Notes under the pieces: generated by a model
Database searches by the model: none
Seen by the model: the letters and a program-made list of their open reading frames with translations, nothing else
What the model was told of the DNA's origin: nothing
Origin: Nostoc punctiforme PCC 73102
GTDB taxonomy: Bacteria > Cyanobacteriota > Cyanobacteriia > Cyanobacteriales > Nostocaceae
Length of the DNA: 32,000 nt
Assembly: GCF_000020025.1 (NCBI RefSeq)
Contig: NC_010628.1
Location: forward strand, 3,090,001 to 3,122,000
Direction of reading: 5' to 3'
Made by a program: the position numbers and the translations under genes
In this document: one piece after another, positions 1-8,983 of the stretch
Numbering within the stretch: position 1 is the stretch's first letter
How the letters are laid out: each line of letters opens with the position of its first letter

Positions 1-1
1 C

Positions 2-313
2 AATGCAGATCAAGATAAACTTTATGCTCATTCATTTTCTAAAGACGATCATTTCAGGCTATGTCAAATATTAAATAGATACAAGGGAAAAATAAAGTTT
101 CTTCTAACTTACGATAATAACGACACAATTAGAAATCTATATGAATGGGCATTGGAAATACACGACAAAGAATGGAATTATACAATTAGTAGAAGTGACG
201 ATCAAAAAAATGGGGAAAGTAAGCAAGATAACTTTAAAGGCGAACGATATAAGGGGAAAGAAATTTTTATATTAAACTACTCTTCTCTTGAATCTACTTC
301 TCTCAATTCGTAA
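2..313 (+). CDS. DNA N6-adenine methyltransferase (Dam/D12-class-like), C-terminal fragment; the 5' end lies outside the window
   Basis: Frame 2 is open from the window edge to TAA at 311-313. It is absent from the ORF track because it has no start codon. The translation ..HFRLCQILNRYKGKIKFLLTYDNNDTIRNLYEW...KEIFILNY resembles the C-terminal region of Dam-type MTases. The region is visibly AT-rich. Confidence 0.5.
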   Translation, partial: NADQDKLYAHSFSKDDHFRLCQILNRYKGKIKFLLTYDNNDTIRNLYEWALEIHDKEWNYTISRSDDQKNGESKQDNFKGERYKGKEIFILNYSSLESTSLNS

Positions 314-538
314 CAGTTAATTTAAAAGTTTAAATTATTATGATGAGGTAAAGTTCTGCATATTATAGTAAGCATTTAATTATTTTTACTTAATCAACCT
401 GAATACACATAAATTTATCTATTCGAGCAAAATCCTTTATAAAAAGTATCTAAAGTAGTAATTAATTGTAAAGTTTTCTATAAAACTAGCAAATGTATAG
501 TACAATCACTGACTTCTGATTACATAAAATTTAACTGT

Positions 539-2191
539 ATGACCTGGTTTTCCTTGTCCGTGCAACGGTGGGGTCGGATTACACAATTCCTATCTTTGTT
601 CTGTCTATGCTTATTTTTAGTTGTTAGTTGCGCTCCTCGTCCACAGCCTTCTACGCCACCATCGGGTTCTGTAAGTAGCCCTACAGGTGATGGTCGTATT
701 ACTATAGGTACAACAGCAAAGCCGAGAACCCTTGATCCAGCTGATGCTTATGAGTTAGCATCCTTGGGTTTGGTGTTTAATATGAGCGATCGCCTCTACA
801 CCTACGAACCAGGAAGTACGGAAATTAAGCCACAGCTAGCAACAGCATTACCTAAAGTCAGTCAAGATGCCTTAACTTATACCATCCCCTTACGTCAGGG
901 AGTGGTTTTTCACGATGGGACTCCCTTCAACGCCGAAGCAATGGCGTTTACCATCAACCGCTTTATTCAAAATAAAGGAAAACCCTCATTCTTGCTAGCT
1001 GATGTAGTAGATTCGGTAAAAAGTACAAGTGAGTATGAGTTAACCATTAAGCTGAAAAAGCCCTTTGCAGCCTTTCCTTCACTGCTGGCGTTTCCTGGAG
1101 TCTGTGCGGTTTCGCCAAAAGCTTACGAACTCGGTGCTGGTAAATTTAAGCCGAATATTTTTGTAGGAACTGGCCCTTACAAGTTAGCGCAGTATGGTAC
1201 TGATTCAATAAGATTTGATACGTTTGATAAATATTGGGGAGAAAAACCAGCTAACAAGGGTGTTAACCTCCAAATTCAAACTAGTCCGGTTAATTTGTTT
1301 AATGCTTTCCGTACAGGCGCTGTAGATGTAGCTTATCTATCGCTACAGCCAGATCAAAATCGGAGCTTAGAAGAAGGTGGTAAAAAAGGGGATTGGCAAG
1401 CGATCGCAGCTGAAGGTAGTGTAGTAAGCTATCTGGTATTGAACCGGAATCAAAAGCCTTTAGATAAATTAGAAGTCAGACAAGCGATCGCGTCAATAAT
1501 TGACCGTCCACTCTTAAATGAGCGGGCCTTACTTGGTCAAGCAGATCCGCTATATAGCATGATTCCCACAACATTTAAAGTTTCTGTACCATTATTCAAA
1601 GATGCTTATGGCGATGCTAACTTCGACCAAGCTAAAAAATTGTTAACTACTGCTGGTTTCTCCAAAGAAAATCCGGCAAAAGTCCAAATTTGGTATCCTT
1701 CTAGTTCGCCTACTCGTAGTTTGGCAGCACAGACGCTCAAATCTCTTGTAGATGCCAAAATGGATGGAATACTGCAATTTGAAGTTACCCCTGCTGAGGG
1801 CCCGACATTTTTTAAAGACATTGCCAAAGGATTATATCCAGGAGCTTTACTTGATTGGTATCCAGACTTTTTAGATCCAGATAATTACGTCCAGCCGTTT
1901 TTGTCTTGTGACAAAGGTTCAGTTGCTAAAGGATGTGAAGATGGAGGCAGTCAAACTCAGGGTTCGTTCTACTATAACGAAGCGATGAATAAACTGATCG
2001 ATCAACAACGCAAAGAGCTAAATCCCGAAGCGCGTCAGAAAATTTTTGCAGAAATTCAAAAGCAAGTAACTGCTGATGTACCTTACGTTCCCTTATGGCA
2101 AAGTAAAGACTATGTATTTGCTCAAAAAGGTGTGAACAGCGTACAACTTAACCCAACCCAAATTCTGGTTTACCAGACAATTAAAAAGTAG
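539..2191 (+). CDS. ABC transporter substrate-binding lipoprotein, family 5 (peptide/nickel, DppA/OppA-like)
   Basis: 550-aa ORF. The N-terminal signal has a lipobox-like LVVSC. The body is typical of SBP family 5 (..GPYKL..., ...DWYPDFLDPDNY...). Permease genes are adjacent. Confidence 0.85.
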   Translation: MTWFSLSVQRWGRITQFLSLFCLCLFLVVSCAPRPQPSTPPSGSVSSPTGDGRITIGTTAKPRTLDPADAYELASLGLVFNMSDRLYTYEPGSTEIKPQLATALPKVSQDALTYTIPLRQGVVFHDGTPFNAEAMAFTINRFIQNKGKPSFLLADVVDSVKSTSEYELTIKLKKPFAAFPSLLAFPGVCAVSPKAYELGAGKFKPNIFVGTGPYKLAQYGTDSIRFDTFDKYWGEKPANKGVNLQIQTSPVNLFNAFRTGAVDVAYLSLQPDQNRSLEEGGKKGDWQAIAAEGSVVSYLVLNRNQKPLDKLEVRQAIASIIDRPLLNERALLGQADPLYSMIPTTFKVSVPLFKDAYGDANFDQAKKLLTTAGFSKENPAKVQIWYPSSSPTRSLAAQTLKSLVDAKMDGILQFEVTPAEGPTFFKDIAKGLYPGALLDWYPDFLDPDNYVQPFLSCDKGSVAKGCEDGGSQTQGSFYYNEAMNKLIDQQRKELNPEARQKIFAEIQKQVTADVPYVPLWQSKDYVFAQKGVNSVQLNPTQILVYQTIKK

Positions 2192-2203
2192 TCATTAGTC
2201 CTC

Positions 2204-2248
2204 TGTCATTTGTCATTTGTAAAAATAAATGGCAAATGACAAATAACA
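2204..2248. repeat. Intergenic heptamer-repeat hairpin (GTCATTT units facing AAATGAC units) between the SBP and permease genes
   Basis: tgtcatttgtcatttg (2204-2219) pairs with caaatgacaaataaca (2233-2248). The core is a 9-bp perfect stem, extended with one mismatch, and the loop is ~13 nt. Confidence 0.7.
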
Positions 2249-2260
2249 AATAACTAAAAT

Positions 2261-3286
2261 ATGTCTCGCTCTAAAGCTTTACAATATTACATAGTTTCTC
2301 GGTTGCTTCTCGCACCACTTCAGCTATTAACAATTATTACCATTGTCTTTCTCTTATTAAGAGCAACACCAGGAGATCCCGCAGATGCAATTCTTGGTGG
2401 ACGTGCGCCAGAAGCTGCTAAAGAAGAATTGCGGAAACAACTAGGTTTAAACTTTCCTTTGTGGCTACAGTACCTAAATTACTTGGGAAGCATACTGCGC
2501 TTTGACTTGGGAACGTCTTTAATGAGTCGCGGACAGAATGTTTGGGACATCATTGGGCAATATTTCCCGGCGACGGTGGAGTTAGCAGTATGTAGTATGG
2601 CGGTTGCACTCATCGTTGGAATTGCGGTTGGGACTCTTTCAGCTTCTCGTCCTGGGACATATTTCGATGTCGGCGGGCGCTTATTTGGGATCATCACCTA
2701 CGCACTCCCCATGTTTTGGGCGGGAATGCTTTTGCAGTTGATTTTCTCAGTCCAACTGGGTTGGTTTCCCAATTCCAACCGCTTTCCGCCTAATCTTCCG
2801 GCTCCCACTCCTGTGACTGGGTTGTATACAATTGATAGCTTACTCGGTGGAAATCTCACCCAGTTTTTCACATCTTTGCACCATCTTGCCCTACCGAGTC
2901 TGACTTTGGGAATTCTGCTGAGTGGGATTTTTGAACGAATTGTGCGAGTGAATTTAAAGCAAACCTTGCAAGCAGATTATGTAGAAGCCGCTAGAGCCAG
3001 AGGTATTGGTGAAAATAAAATTTTAGCCTCCCATGCCTTAAAGAATGCTCTAATCCCAGTAATTACAGTCTTAGGATTAACTTTTGCCTCTCTGTTGGGT
3101 GGAGCGATTTTGACAGAAGTGACATTTTCTTGGCCTGGGTTAGCTAATCGACTGTATCAAGCGATCGCAGATCGCGATTATCCCACAGTTCAAGGGGTGC
3201 TAGTATTTTTTGGTGCGATCGTTGTGAGCGCCAGCATTTTGATTGATATTTTAAATGCTTATGTAGATCCGCGAATTCGCTACTAA
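2261..3286 (+). CDS. ABC transporter permease (DppB/OppB-like)
   Basis: 341-aa polytopic ORF with the typical N-terminus ..LLRATPGDPA.. and an EAA-like loop (DYVEAARARGIGENKILASHALKNAL). Confidence 0.9.
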   Translation: MSRSKALQYYIVSRLLLAPLQLLTIITIVFLLLRATPGDPADAILGGRAPEAAKEELRKQLGLNFPLWLQYLNYLGSILRFDLGTSLMSRGQNVWDIIGQYFPATVELAVCSMAVALIVGIAVGTLSASRPGTYFDVGGRLFGIITYALPMFWAGMLLQLIFSVQLGWFPNSNRFPPNLPAPTPVTGLYTIDSLLGGNLTQFFTSLHHLALPSLTLGILLSGIFERIVRVNLKQTLQADYVEAARARGIGENKILASHALKNALIPVITVLGLTFASLLGGAILTEVTFSWPGLANRLYQAIADRDYPTVQGVLVFFGAIVVSASILIDILNAYVDPRIRY

Positions 3287-3320
3287 CAAAAAGTTCTTAA
3301 TTCTTTCTAACCTTCTTGTG

Positions 3321-3346
3321 GGGTAGGCATCTTGCCTGCCCTTTTG
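3321..3346 (+). terminator. Rho-independent terminator after the permease gene
   Basis: GGGTAGGCA (3321-3329) pairs with TGCCTGCCC (3333-3341): 9 bp with one G-T wobble and a 3-nt loop, followed by TTTTG. Confidence 0.7.
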
Positions 3347-3407
3347 TATTAGATGAAGCAGTAAAATGTAGGTTGGGTTAAGCAAAGCGCAACCCAACAC
3401 AAAACTA

Positions 3408-3749
3408 TCATTTTGTCTGGGAAATATTATCGATTTGAGTTATCTGACCCAGAGATACTTTTACAGCTAATATGGGTATAGCAGTAGCTGCAATTAGAAC
3501 AGCAGTAGCCAGGATAATTGCGACTGGTTTACCACCATATTGGACTAAGACCTTAAAAATATTTTCTGCTGTCTGACCCCCAGCTTGAACTAATTCGACT
3601 GTATCTGATTTGCTTAAAGCAGCAGTAATATTTTCAGCGATATCGAGAAGTTGTTCTGTATTGTTTGACTGACTGGGAACATCTAGAGATTGAACTATTG
3701 GCTGTTGCTGTGTGGCTAAATTTTCATTTACAGGATAGTAAGTAGACAT
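3408..3749 (-). CDS. Hypothetical small protein with a C-terminal transmembrane helix
   Basis: 113-aa ORF. The N-terminal half is polar and Q-rich. The hydrophobic stretch PVAIILATAVLIAATAIPILAV lies near the C-terminus. I recognise no family. Confidence 0.45.
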   Translation of the reverse strand: MSTYYPVNENLATQQQPIVQSLDVPSQSNNTEQLLDIAENITAALSKSDTVELVQAGGQTAENIFKVLVQYGGKPVAIILATAVLIAATAIPILAVKVSLGQITQIDNISQTK

Positions 3750-3947
3750 CGTTTTGCACTCCTCTGTTGTTTCGATGTCTCTATATTCGCTTGTAGTCCA
3801 TAGTTATACGTAGGATGTAGGTAAATGTAGGATTAGGTCATAAATACAAAGAATATCTACATAGACGTAGGATTATGTAGGTTCTGCTGTAAAATAATAG
3901 ACTTATATCCAAGTGTTAACTTTACTCTACCAACTCAATCAGGTTAA

Positions 3948-4772
3948 ATGGAAGCTGAAGAAGCATTAGAGTCTATTAAGCAAATATTTAAGGAGAGAAA
4001 AGGAAACTTAGCATCACTGGGCAAGTTAGAAGAAAAAGTTTTTCTACTAAGTTGGCAAGGGATGAATTATAGTCAAATGCCTTCTAAAATAAAGAGGTCT
4101 AATCCTACTGCCAAACCATATACAGAACAGTATTTAAAAGAAATAGGTAAAAGTTTAAACGATAAGATTAAAAGAGTATTAAATATAGACGATCTTGATA
4201 AAAGAAATTTGAGAGAAGAACTTGAAAACTTTTTTGAGAGAAATTACAATTACTCTACTAAAAAACTATCTTATACCACTGCGCCAGAACCAGATTATAC
4301 TACTTCTCCAGAGTTAACTAATAATACTGTATCTGAGCTAAATCAAAATCCCTTCATTCCTTTTAGTGGCAGAGTAGAAGAAAAGTATCTATTTTTTGAC
4401 CGAGAGCGCGAAATCCGGCGAATATTTGAGGTACTGAATAGTGGTAGCGGACTAATTTTAGCGATCGCATTTGTTACTTCGGCGATCGCATTTGCTATTT
4501 CGGAGTTCGCATTTGTTATTTCAGCGATCGCATTTGTTACTTTGGAGTTCGCATTTGTTACTTCGGAGTTCGCATTTGCTATTTCGGAGTTCGCATTTGT
4601 TACTTCGGAGTTCGCATTTGTTACTTCGGGATTCGCATTTGTTATTTCGGGATTCGCATTTGTTACATCGGAGTTCGCATTTGCTATTTCAACGATCGCA
4701 TTTGCTATTATTGAGGGCTTATCTTCTCAAACTCCGAGGGTCGAGTGCATCTCTCAGCCCATCACCGAGTAA
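3948..4772 (+). pseudogene. Remnant of an HTH/STAND-type ATPase gene; only the N-terminal ~165 aa look native and the rest of the ORF is tandem-repeat-encoded
   Basis: The N-terminus has a LuxR/sigma-70 region 4-like HTH (LEEKVFLLSWQGMNYSQM...YTEQYLKEIGKSLNDKIKRVL). NPFIPFSGRVEEKYLFFDREREIRRIFEVLNSGSG follows, which is the segment that normally precedes Walker A in cyanobacterial STAND/AAA ATPases. No GKS/T P-loop follows. From 4461 the frame runs through a 21-bp repeat array, giving (EFAFVTS)n. Confidence 0.55.
4461..4712. repeat. Tandem array, 12 x 21 bp (consensus GAGTTCGCATTTGTTACTTCG; some units begin with HIP1 GCGATCGC)
   Basis: Units were counted directly: 4461, 4482, 4503 ... 4692. 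The array ends 7 nt before the stop of the convergent permease gene at 4719. All three + frames stay open, giving EFAFVTS and SHLLLRS repeats. Confidence 0.95.
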
Positions 4773-5834
4773 GTTGAATGCTAGCACTGTGAGAATAATC
4801 AACACAGCCGGCGGCCAAATTAACCAAGGTTGCAGTACCAAAATTGAAGCATTGCTAGCCAGAGAAAGCATATTTCCCCAAGAGGGGTCTGGTTGTTGAA
4901 TTCCCAAGCCGATGAGACTTAGTATCGCCTCTGCACCAATAAAGCTGGGAATTGCAAGAGTAGCGGAGATAACTACATAACTAGCCGTTTGCGGCAAGAC
5001 GTGGCGGAGGATTATATAAAGAGGGTTTGCGCCCATCGCGCGTGATGCTTGGACAAATTCTCGCTCTTTAATTGATAGTACCTGTCCCCGAATGACTCGT
5101 GCTAAACCAGCCCAGCTAATAACCGAAGTAATCACCACAATCAGCAAAAAGCGCTGGGTACTGCTTAAACCAGGTGGTAAGACTGCTCCCAAAGTCACCA
5201 AAAGATAAATACTAGGGAAGGTCATTAGCACTTCTGCCAAGCGCATAATGACGCTATCAGTCACACCGCCTAAATAACCGGAAATTCCACCAATGAGCAA
5301 ACCGAGGGGATAGGTAATGATAATGCCAAAAATCCCAATAAACATACTGATGCGACCGCCATGTAAGAGGCGACTAAATTGGTCGCGGCTTTGGTCATCA
5401 GTACCCAAGATATTGACTTTTGCGTCAGTTGTTGTGCCAAATAAATGCCAATTTAAGGGAATACCAGGAAAGATTGTGACTTCATCCCACTTGGGGGGTA
5501 GTGGCAAACTCATCTGCAACAATCGGTATTCTGGCCCGGAAACAAATAGACGTACAGGTGATGGCTTTTTGAAGTCTACGATGAGTTGGCGATCGCCTGT
5601 TTCTAAATTTGTGTCTCCCTGAGTTGTGGGATAAACATGGGGCCCGATAAACTGTCCTGATTGAGAAACCCAGTGTATCTGAGTTGGTGGCAGCAGTGAA
5701 CCATTAGGCTGTGAGGCATAAGGGTCATAAGGAGCCACGAAATCTGCTGCAATTACTGCTATGTAGAAAATTAACAGCAAAATCGCCCCAAATTGTGCCA
5801 AAGGATTTTTCTTTAGTCGTCGCCACCAATCCAT
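4719..5834 (-). CDS. ABC transporter permease (DppC/OppC-like)
   Basis: 371-aa ORF. The N-terminus is MDWWRRLKKNPLAQFGAILLL...DPY, followed by a periplasmic insert, then a permease core with the EAA loop (EFVQASRAMGANPLYIILRHVLPQ). Confidence 0.9.
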   Translation of the reverse strand: MDWWRRLKKNPLAQFGAILLLIFYIAVIAADFVAPYDPYASQPNGSLLPPTQIHWVSQSGQFIGPHVYPTTQGDTNLETGDRQLIVDFKKPSPVRLFVSGPEYRLLQMSLPLPPKWDEVTIFPGIPLNWHLFGTTTDAKVNILGTDDQSRDQFSRLLHGGRISMFIGIFGIIITYPLGLLIGGISGYLGGVTDSVIMRLAEVLMTFPSIYLLVTLGAVLPPGLSSTQRFLLIVVITSVISWAGLARVIRGQVLSIKEREFVQASRAMGANPLYIILRHVLPQTASYVVISATLAIPSFIGAEAILSLIGLGIQQPDPSWGNMLSLASNASILVLQPWLIWPPAVLIILTVLAFNLLGDGLRDALDPRSLRR

Positions 5835-5970
5835 AGTAGTTAGGAGTTATTAGTTATGAGTTTATGAGTTATTAAAGTTTTATCTTAATTCATAACTCAT
5901 CATTCTCAACTTCCCACTCCCCACTCCTAATTCCTGTACAGACACAGATTTTTCGCGTCTCTCCTAACTC

Positions 5971-6852
5971 TCAACTCCCCACACCTAACTTCTCTAAATA
6001 CTTCTGCTGTTCTTGCTGTTGTTTTTCGTGTTCTACAACAAACACGTTTGAGTAAAGATTAGCGAGAATTTGTTTGCCCTGTTGTGTCAATGATAGGTAA
6101 TGCAGCCCTTCTTGGATATAGGGATAGACACCATTCCAGTAAAACTTAGCGTAGTTATTCCGTAAATCGGCAGGGGTTTTATAGCCCAAAACTTTGTTTA
6201 CACCAGTTTCTTCAAACTCGTAAAATAAAGAAGTAATTTTCTTCAGGTAACGTGGGTCGCTTAGTTGACCAATCAAATCAGCAGCCCGGACTAATCCGGC
6301 AAAGCATTTTGTATCTTGATGATCTTCTGCCGCAGGCACGGGAAATCGTGTCAGTTCAATATTGCTCTTAATTGCCTCAGCATCTATTAACTTGTGACCT
6401 CCAAAACGCTCATCAATAAAAAGCTTGGCTCTATCAACATGATACGGCGTAAGACTGGCATCAGAAGCGCCAGGAGCGACAGAAACCATTTTGCCATTTT
6501 TACCTGTGGAATATAAGCCTACTGCTTCTTGGTCTAGTCGGCAAACTCCCTTAACGTAGCCAATATCATGGCTCACTAAGGAAATAATACAATGCAACCA
6601 GTCTTCACTGGAAACACCGCCTTCTCTGATGTGTTTGCCACGTAAGATTTCTTGCCCCACAAGGGTGACAAGAACTGTGTGTTCAACATTGTGATAAAGG
6701 GCATCGCTATTGGCAATGTTTTCCAAAGCCATGTTACCAGCCCAGGCGATAATATCCTGATAATCATTTTTAAAGCAGCCATAAGTGCGACGGTAGCCTT
6801 CTCGAATTTCATTTACAAAGGCATCAATTAAAATTTCAGTGGCATTGAACAT
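5971..6852 (-). CDS. HD-domain-like metal-dependent phosphohydrolase family protein
   Basis: 293-aa ORF with H..(YHNVEH)...HD (SLVSHDIGY) spacing typical of HD superfamily proteins. Its specific function is unknown. Confidence 0.5.
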   Translation of the reverse strand: MFNATEILIDAFVNEIREGYRRTYGCFKNDYQDIIAWAGNMALENIANSDALYHNVEHTVLVTLVGQEILRGKHIREGGVSSEDWLHCIISLVSHDIGYVKGVCRLDQEAVGLYSTGKNGKMVSVAPGASDASLTPYHVDRAKLFIDERFGGHKLIDAEAIKSNIELTRFPVPAAEDHQDTKCFAGLVRAADLIGQLSDPRYLKKITSLFYEFEETGVNKVLGYKTPADLRNNYAKFYWNGVYPYIQEGLHYLSLTQQGKQILANLYSNVFVVEHEKQQQEQQKYLEKLGVGS

Positions 6853-7419
6853 ATCTGGTGACTCTGGTAAATATCAATTATTTATTGATTTGATTGATTT
6901 CAAAATTCCACCATTAGGATCGCCCTGGCTGGAATTTAGGGTAATGGAGTTTGCTCATTTGTAACTCACGTGTAGCTGTGGACGCTAGCTTGAACTATCC
7001 CTGGATGTACAACTTTCTGACAAGACAAAGGCTTTAGAGGAGTTAGTATTTGCGTAGATAAAAGGTTTTGCTGGTTTAATAAAATACATTGATAGCTCAG
7101 ACTTTAATTAAATAATTCTAGATTAGCTTTATCAGTTTTTCATATATAAGCATTGGTTGACAGCGATCTAAATGGGTATATTGTGTGAGTTAGAGTAGCT
7201 AGATGAAATGAAATAATTTTTTGTATCATAATCTACAGAAAGGCTTCAATTAGTTTACGGCAGTAATATTTCTTAGCAAAGAAGTCCTATTATATACAAT
7301 TGCAAACAAAAGACATTTACTATGAAATGCGTCATAGTTGATGGGAAGTAAATAAATTTCAAGTTTTCTTAAGAAAATACCAAGATTGGTATGCGTAGAC
7401 AGAAAGTGGAGGTCGGACT

Positions 7420-8877
7420 GTGAGCGATGAAAGTGTTTCAGAAATCGAGGTGAAAGAAGCTATAACCTCTGAGGATGCTAACTTTTTGAGCAAATCAGAG
7501 CAAAAATCAACTAGGGCATGGTTGAAGCCATTATTTTTGGGTGCTGGTTTAGGAATTGCGATCGCCTTTGGTGGAATGAGTGTATTAAGTCATCTTCCAT
7601 CCCGTCAACAAAGCGCGGTAGCGGATAAAAAAATTAACCCATCAATGACAGTTACTATCGCCACAGTAGAAGCCGCCCGTGTTGTGCGGACTCTTAAAAC
7701 TACTGGAACTGTAGCAGCACGTGATTTAATTCCGGTTCTACCACAGACAAACGGTTTACAAATCAAAAGTATCCCTGAAGATGTTAAAGAAGGGGTTTTT
7801 GTCAAAAAAGGTCAAGTTTTGGCGGTGTTGGATGGTTCCATATTGCAAAGCCAAATTAGCCAAGCAAAGGCAGATGTCGAATCAAAACAAGCCGATGTCG
7901 AATCCAAACAAGCAGATTTGGCATCCAAGCAGGCAGATTTGGCATCAAATAAAGCCATAGTCCAGCAAAAACAAGCAGATTTAGCTCAAGCGAAGGCAAA
8001 GCTAGAAGAAGCCGCCAAAAATTATCAGCGCTATCAACAACTGGCTGATTCTGGAACCATTAGTAGGCAAGAACTTGATACTCGTTCCTACGCTGTAAAA
8101 ACTGCCATACAAGTTGTGAATCTATCCCAAGAAAACCTGCGTAGTGCCCAGGCTAATATCGGCAGCGCCCAGGCTAATATTAGTAATGCTCAAGCTATTA
8201 TCAACAAAGCCAAAGCTGATGTCCGCAGCAGTGCCGCTAGGGTGCAACAACTACAAACTCAGTTGGAACAAACTGTGATGCGTGCGCCGGTTTCTGGAGT
8301 CATCGCGGAGAAACTGGCCAGAGTCGGTGATGTGACTGGTGTGCCGCCGCAAACGCAGGTGGGAACCGTGATTGGTGGCACACAAAAGCTATTTTCGATT
8401 ATCCGAGATGAAAAGTTAGAACTTCAAGCGAAGGTTCCTGAAATTCAATTAAATCAGGTGAAAATTGGCGCATCTGTGCAAATTACTTCAGATGTCGATC
8501 AGCGCGTGCGATCGCAAGGACGAGTCAGAGAGATTCAACCACAGGTGAACGATCAAAGGCGAGAGGCTACAGTCAAAATTGACTTACCGCCAACCACTTT
8601 ACTTAAACCAGGGATGTTTGCGAATGCTGCAATTACTACTAACTCAGCGATGACGATGGTAGTGCCGCAAAAAGCAGTCCAATCTCAAGCAGATGGAAGT
8701 GTAATTGTATTCACCTTATCAAGTGGAGATATAGTTCGCAGCCAGAAAGTGGACTTAGAAAATCCTACAAACGGCGACAAAGTAGAAATTAAGAGTGGGT
8801 TGCAGTTAGGCGATCGCATCGTAGTTGATGGTGCAGGATATCTCAAAGATGGTGATAAGGTTCGAGTTGCAAATTGA
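7420..8877 (+). CDS. Efflux RND transporter periplasmic adaptor (MFP/HlyD family)
   Basis: GTG start and an N-terminal TM segment. It has a long coiled-coil hairpin and C-terminal beta-barrel motifs (MRAPVSGVI...; ..IVVDGAGYLKDGDKVRV). It lies directly upstream of the RND pump gene. Confidence 0.9.
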   Translation: MSDESVSEIEVKEAITSEDANFLSKSEQKSTRAWLKPLFLGAGLGIAIAFGGMSVLSHLPSRQQSAVADKKINPSMTVTIATVEAARVVRTLKTTGTVAARDLIPVLPQTNGLQIKSIPEDVKEGVFVKKGQVLAVLDGSILQSQISQAKADVESKQADVESKQADLASKQADLASNKAIVQQKQADLAQAKAKLEEAAKNYQRYQQLADSGTISRQELDTRSYAVKTAIQVVNLSQENLRSAQANIGSAQANISNAQAIINKAKADVRSSAARVQQLQTQLEQTVMRAPVSGVIAEKLARVGDVTGVPPQTQVGTVIGGTQKLFSIIRDEKLELQAKVPEIQLNQVKIGASVQITSDVDQRVRSQGRVREIQPQVNDQRREATVKIDLPPTTLLKPGMFANAAITTNSAMTMVVPQKAVQSQADGSVIVFTLSSGDIVRSQKVDLENPTNGDKVEIKSGLQLGDRIVVDGAGYLKDGDKVRVAN

Positions 8878-8878
8878 A

Positions 8879-8963
8879 AGGAATGGGGAATGGGGAATGG
8901 GGAATGGGGAATGGGAGAAATGACTAATGACTAATGACTAATGACCAATGACCAATGACAAAT
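8879..8963. repeat. Two adjacent STRR-type heptamer arrays: (AATGGGG)x~5, then (AATGACT/AATGACC/AATGACA)x6
   Basis: Read directly from the sequence. TGACCAA is the complement of TTGGTCA, one of the STRR heptamers known from heterocystous cyanobacteria. The arrays lie in the MFP-RND intergenic spacer. Confidence 0.9.
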
Positions 8964-8983
8964 CCAAAATCTAAAATTTTCTC

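Noticed and set aside
4471-4899. 142-aa ORF reading (SHLLLRS)n
   Set aside because: It is an alternative frame of the 21-bp tandem array, then antisense to the permease gene's 3' end. It has no independent coding signal.
7157-7184. Sigma70-like promoter (TTGACA-N16-TATTGT) about 240 nt upstream of the MFP gene
   Set aside because: The -35 box is consensus but the -10 is weak, and such matches are frequent in AT-rich intergenic DNA. It is not supportable as a feature without a mapped transcription start.
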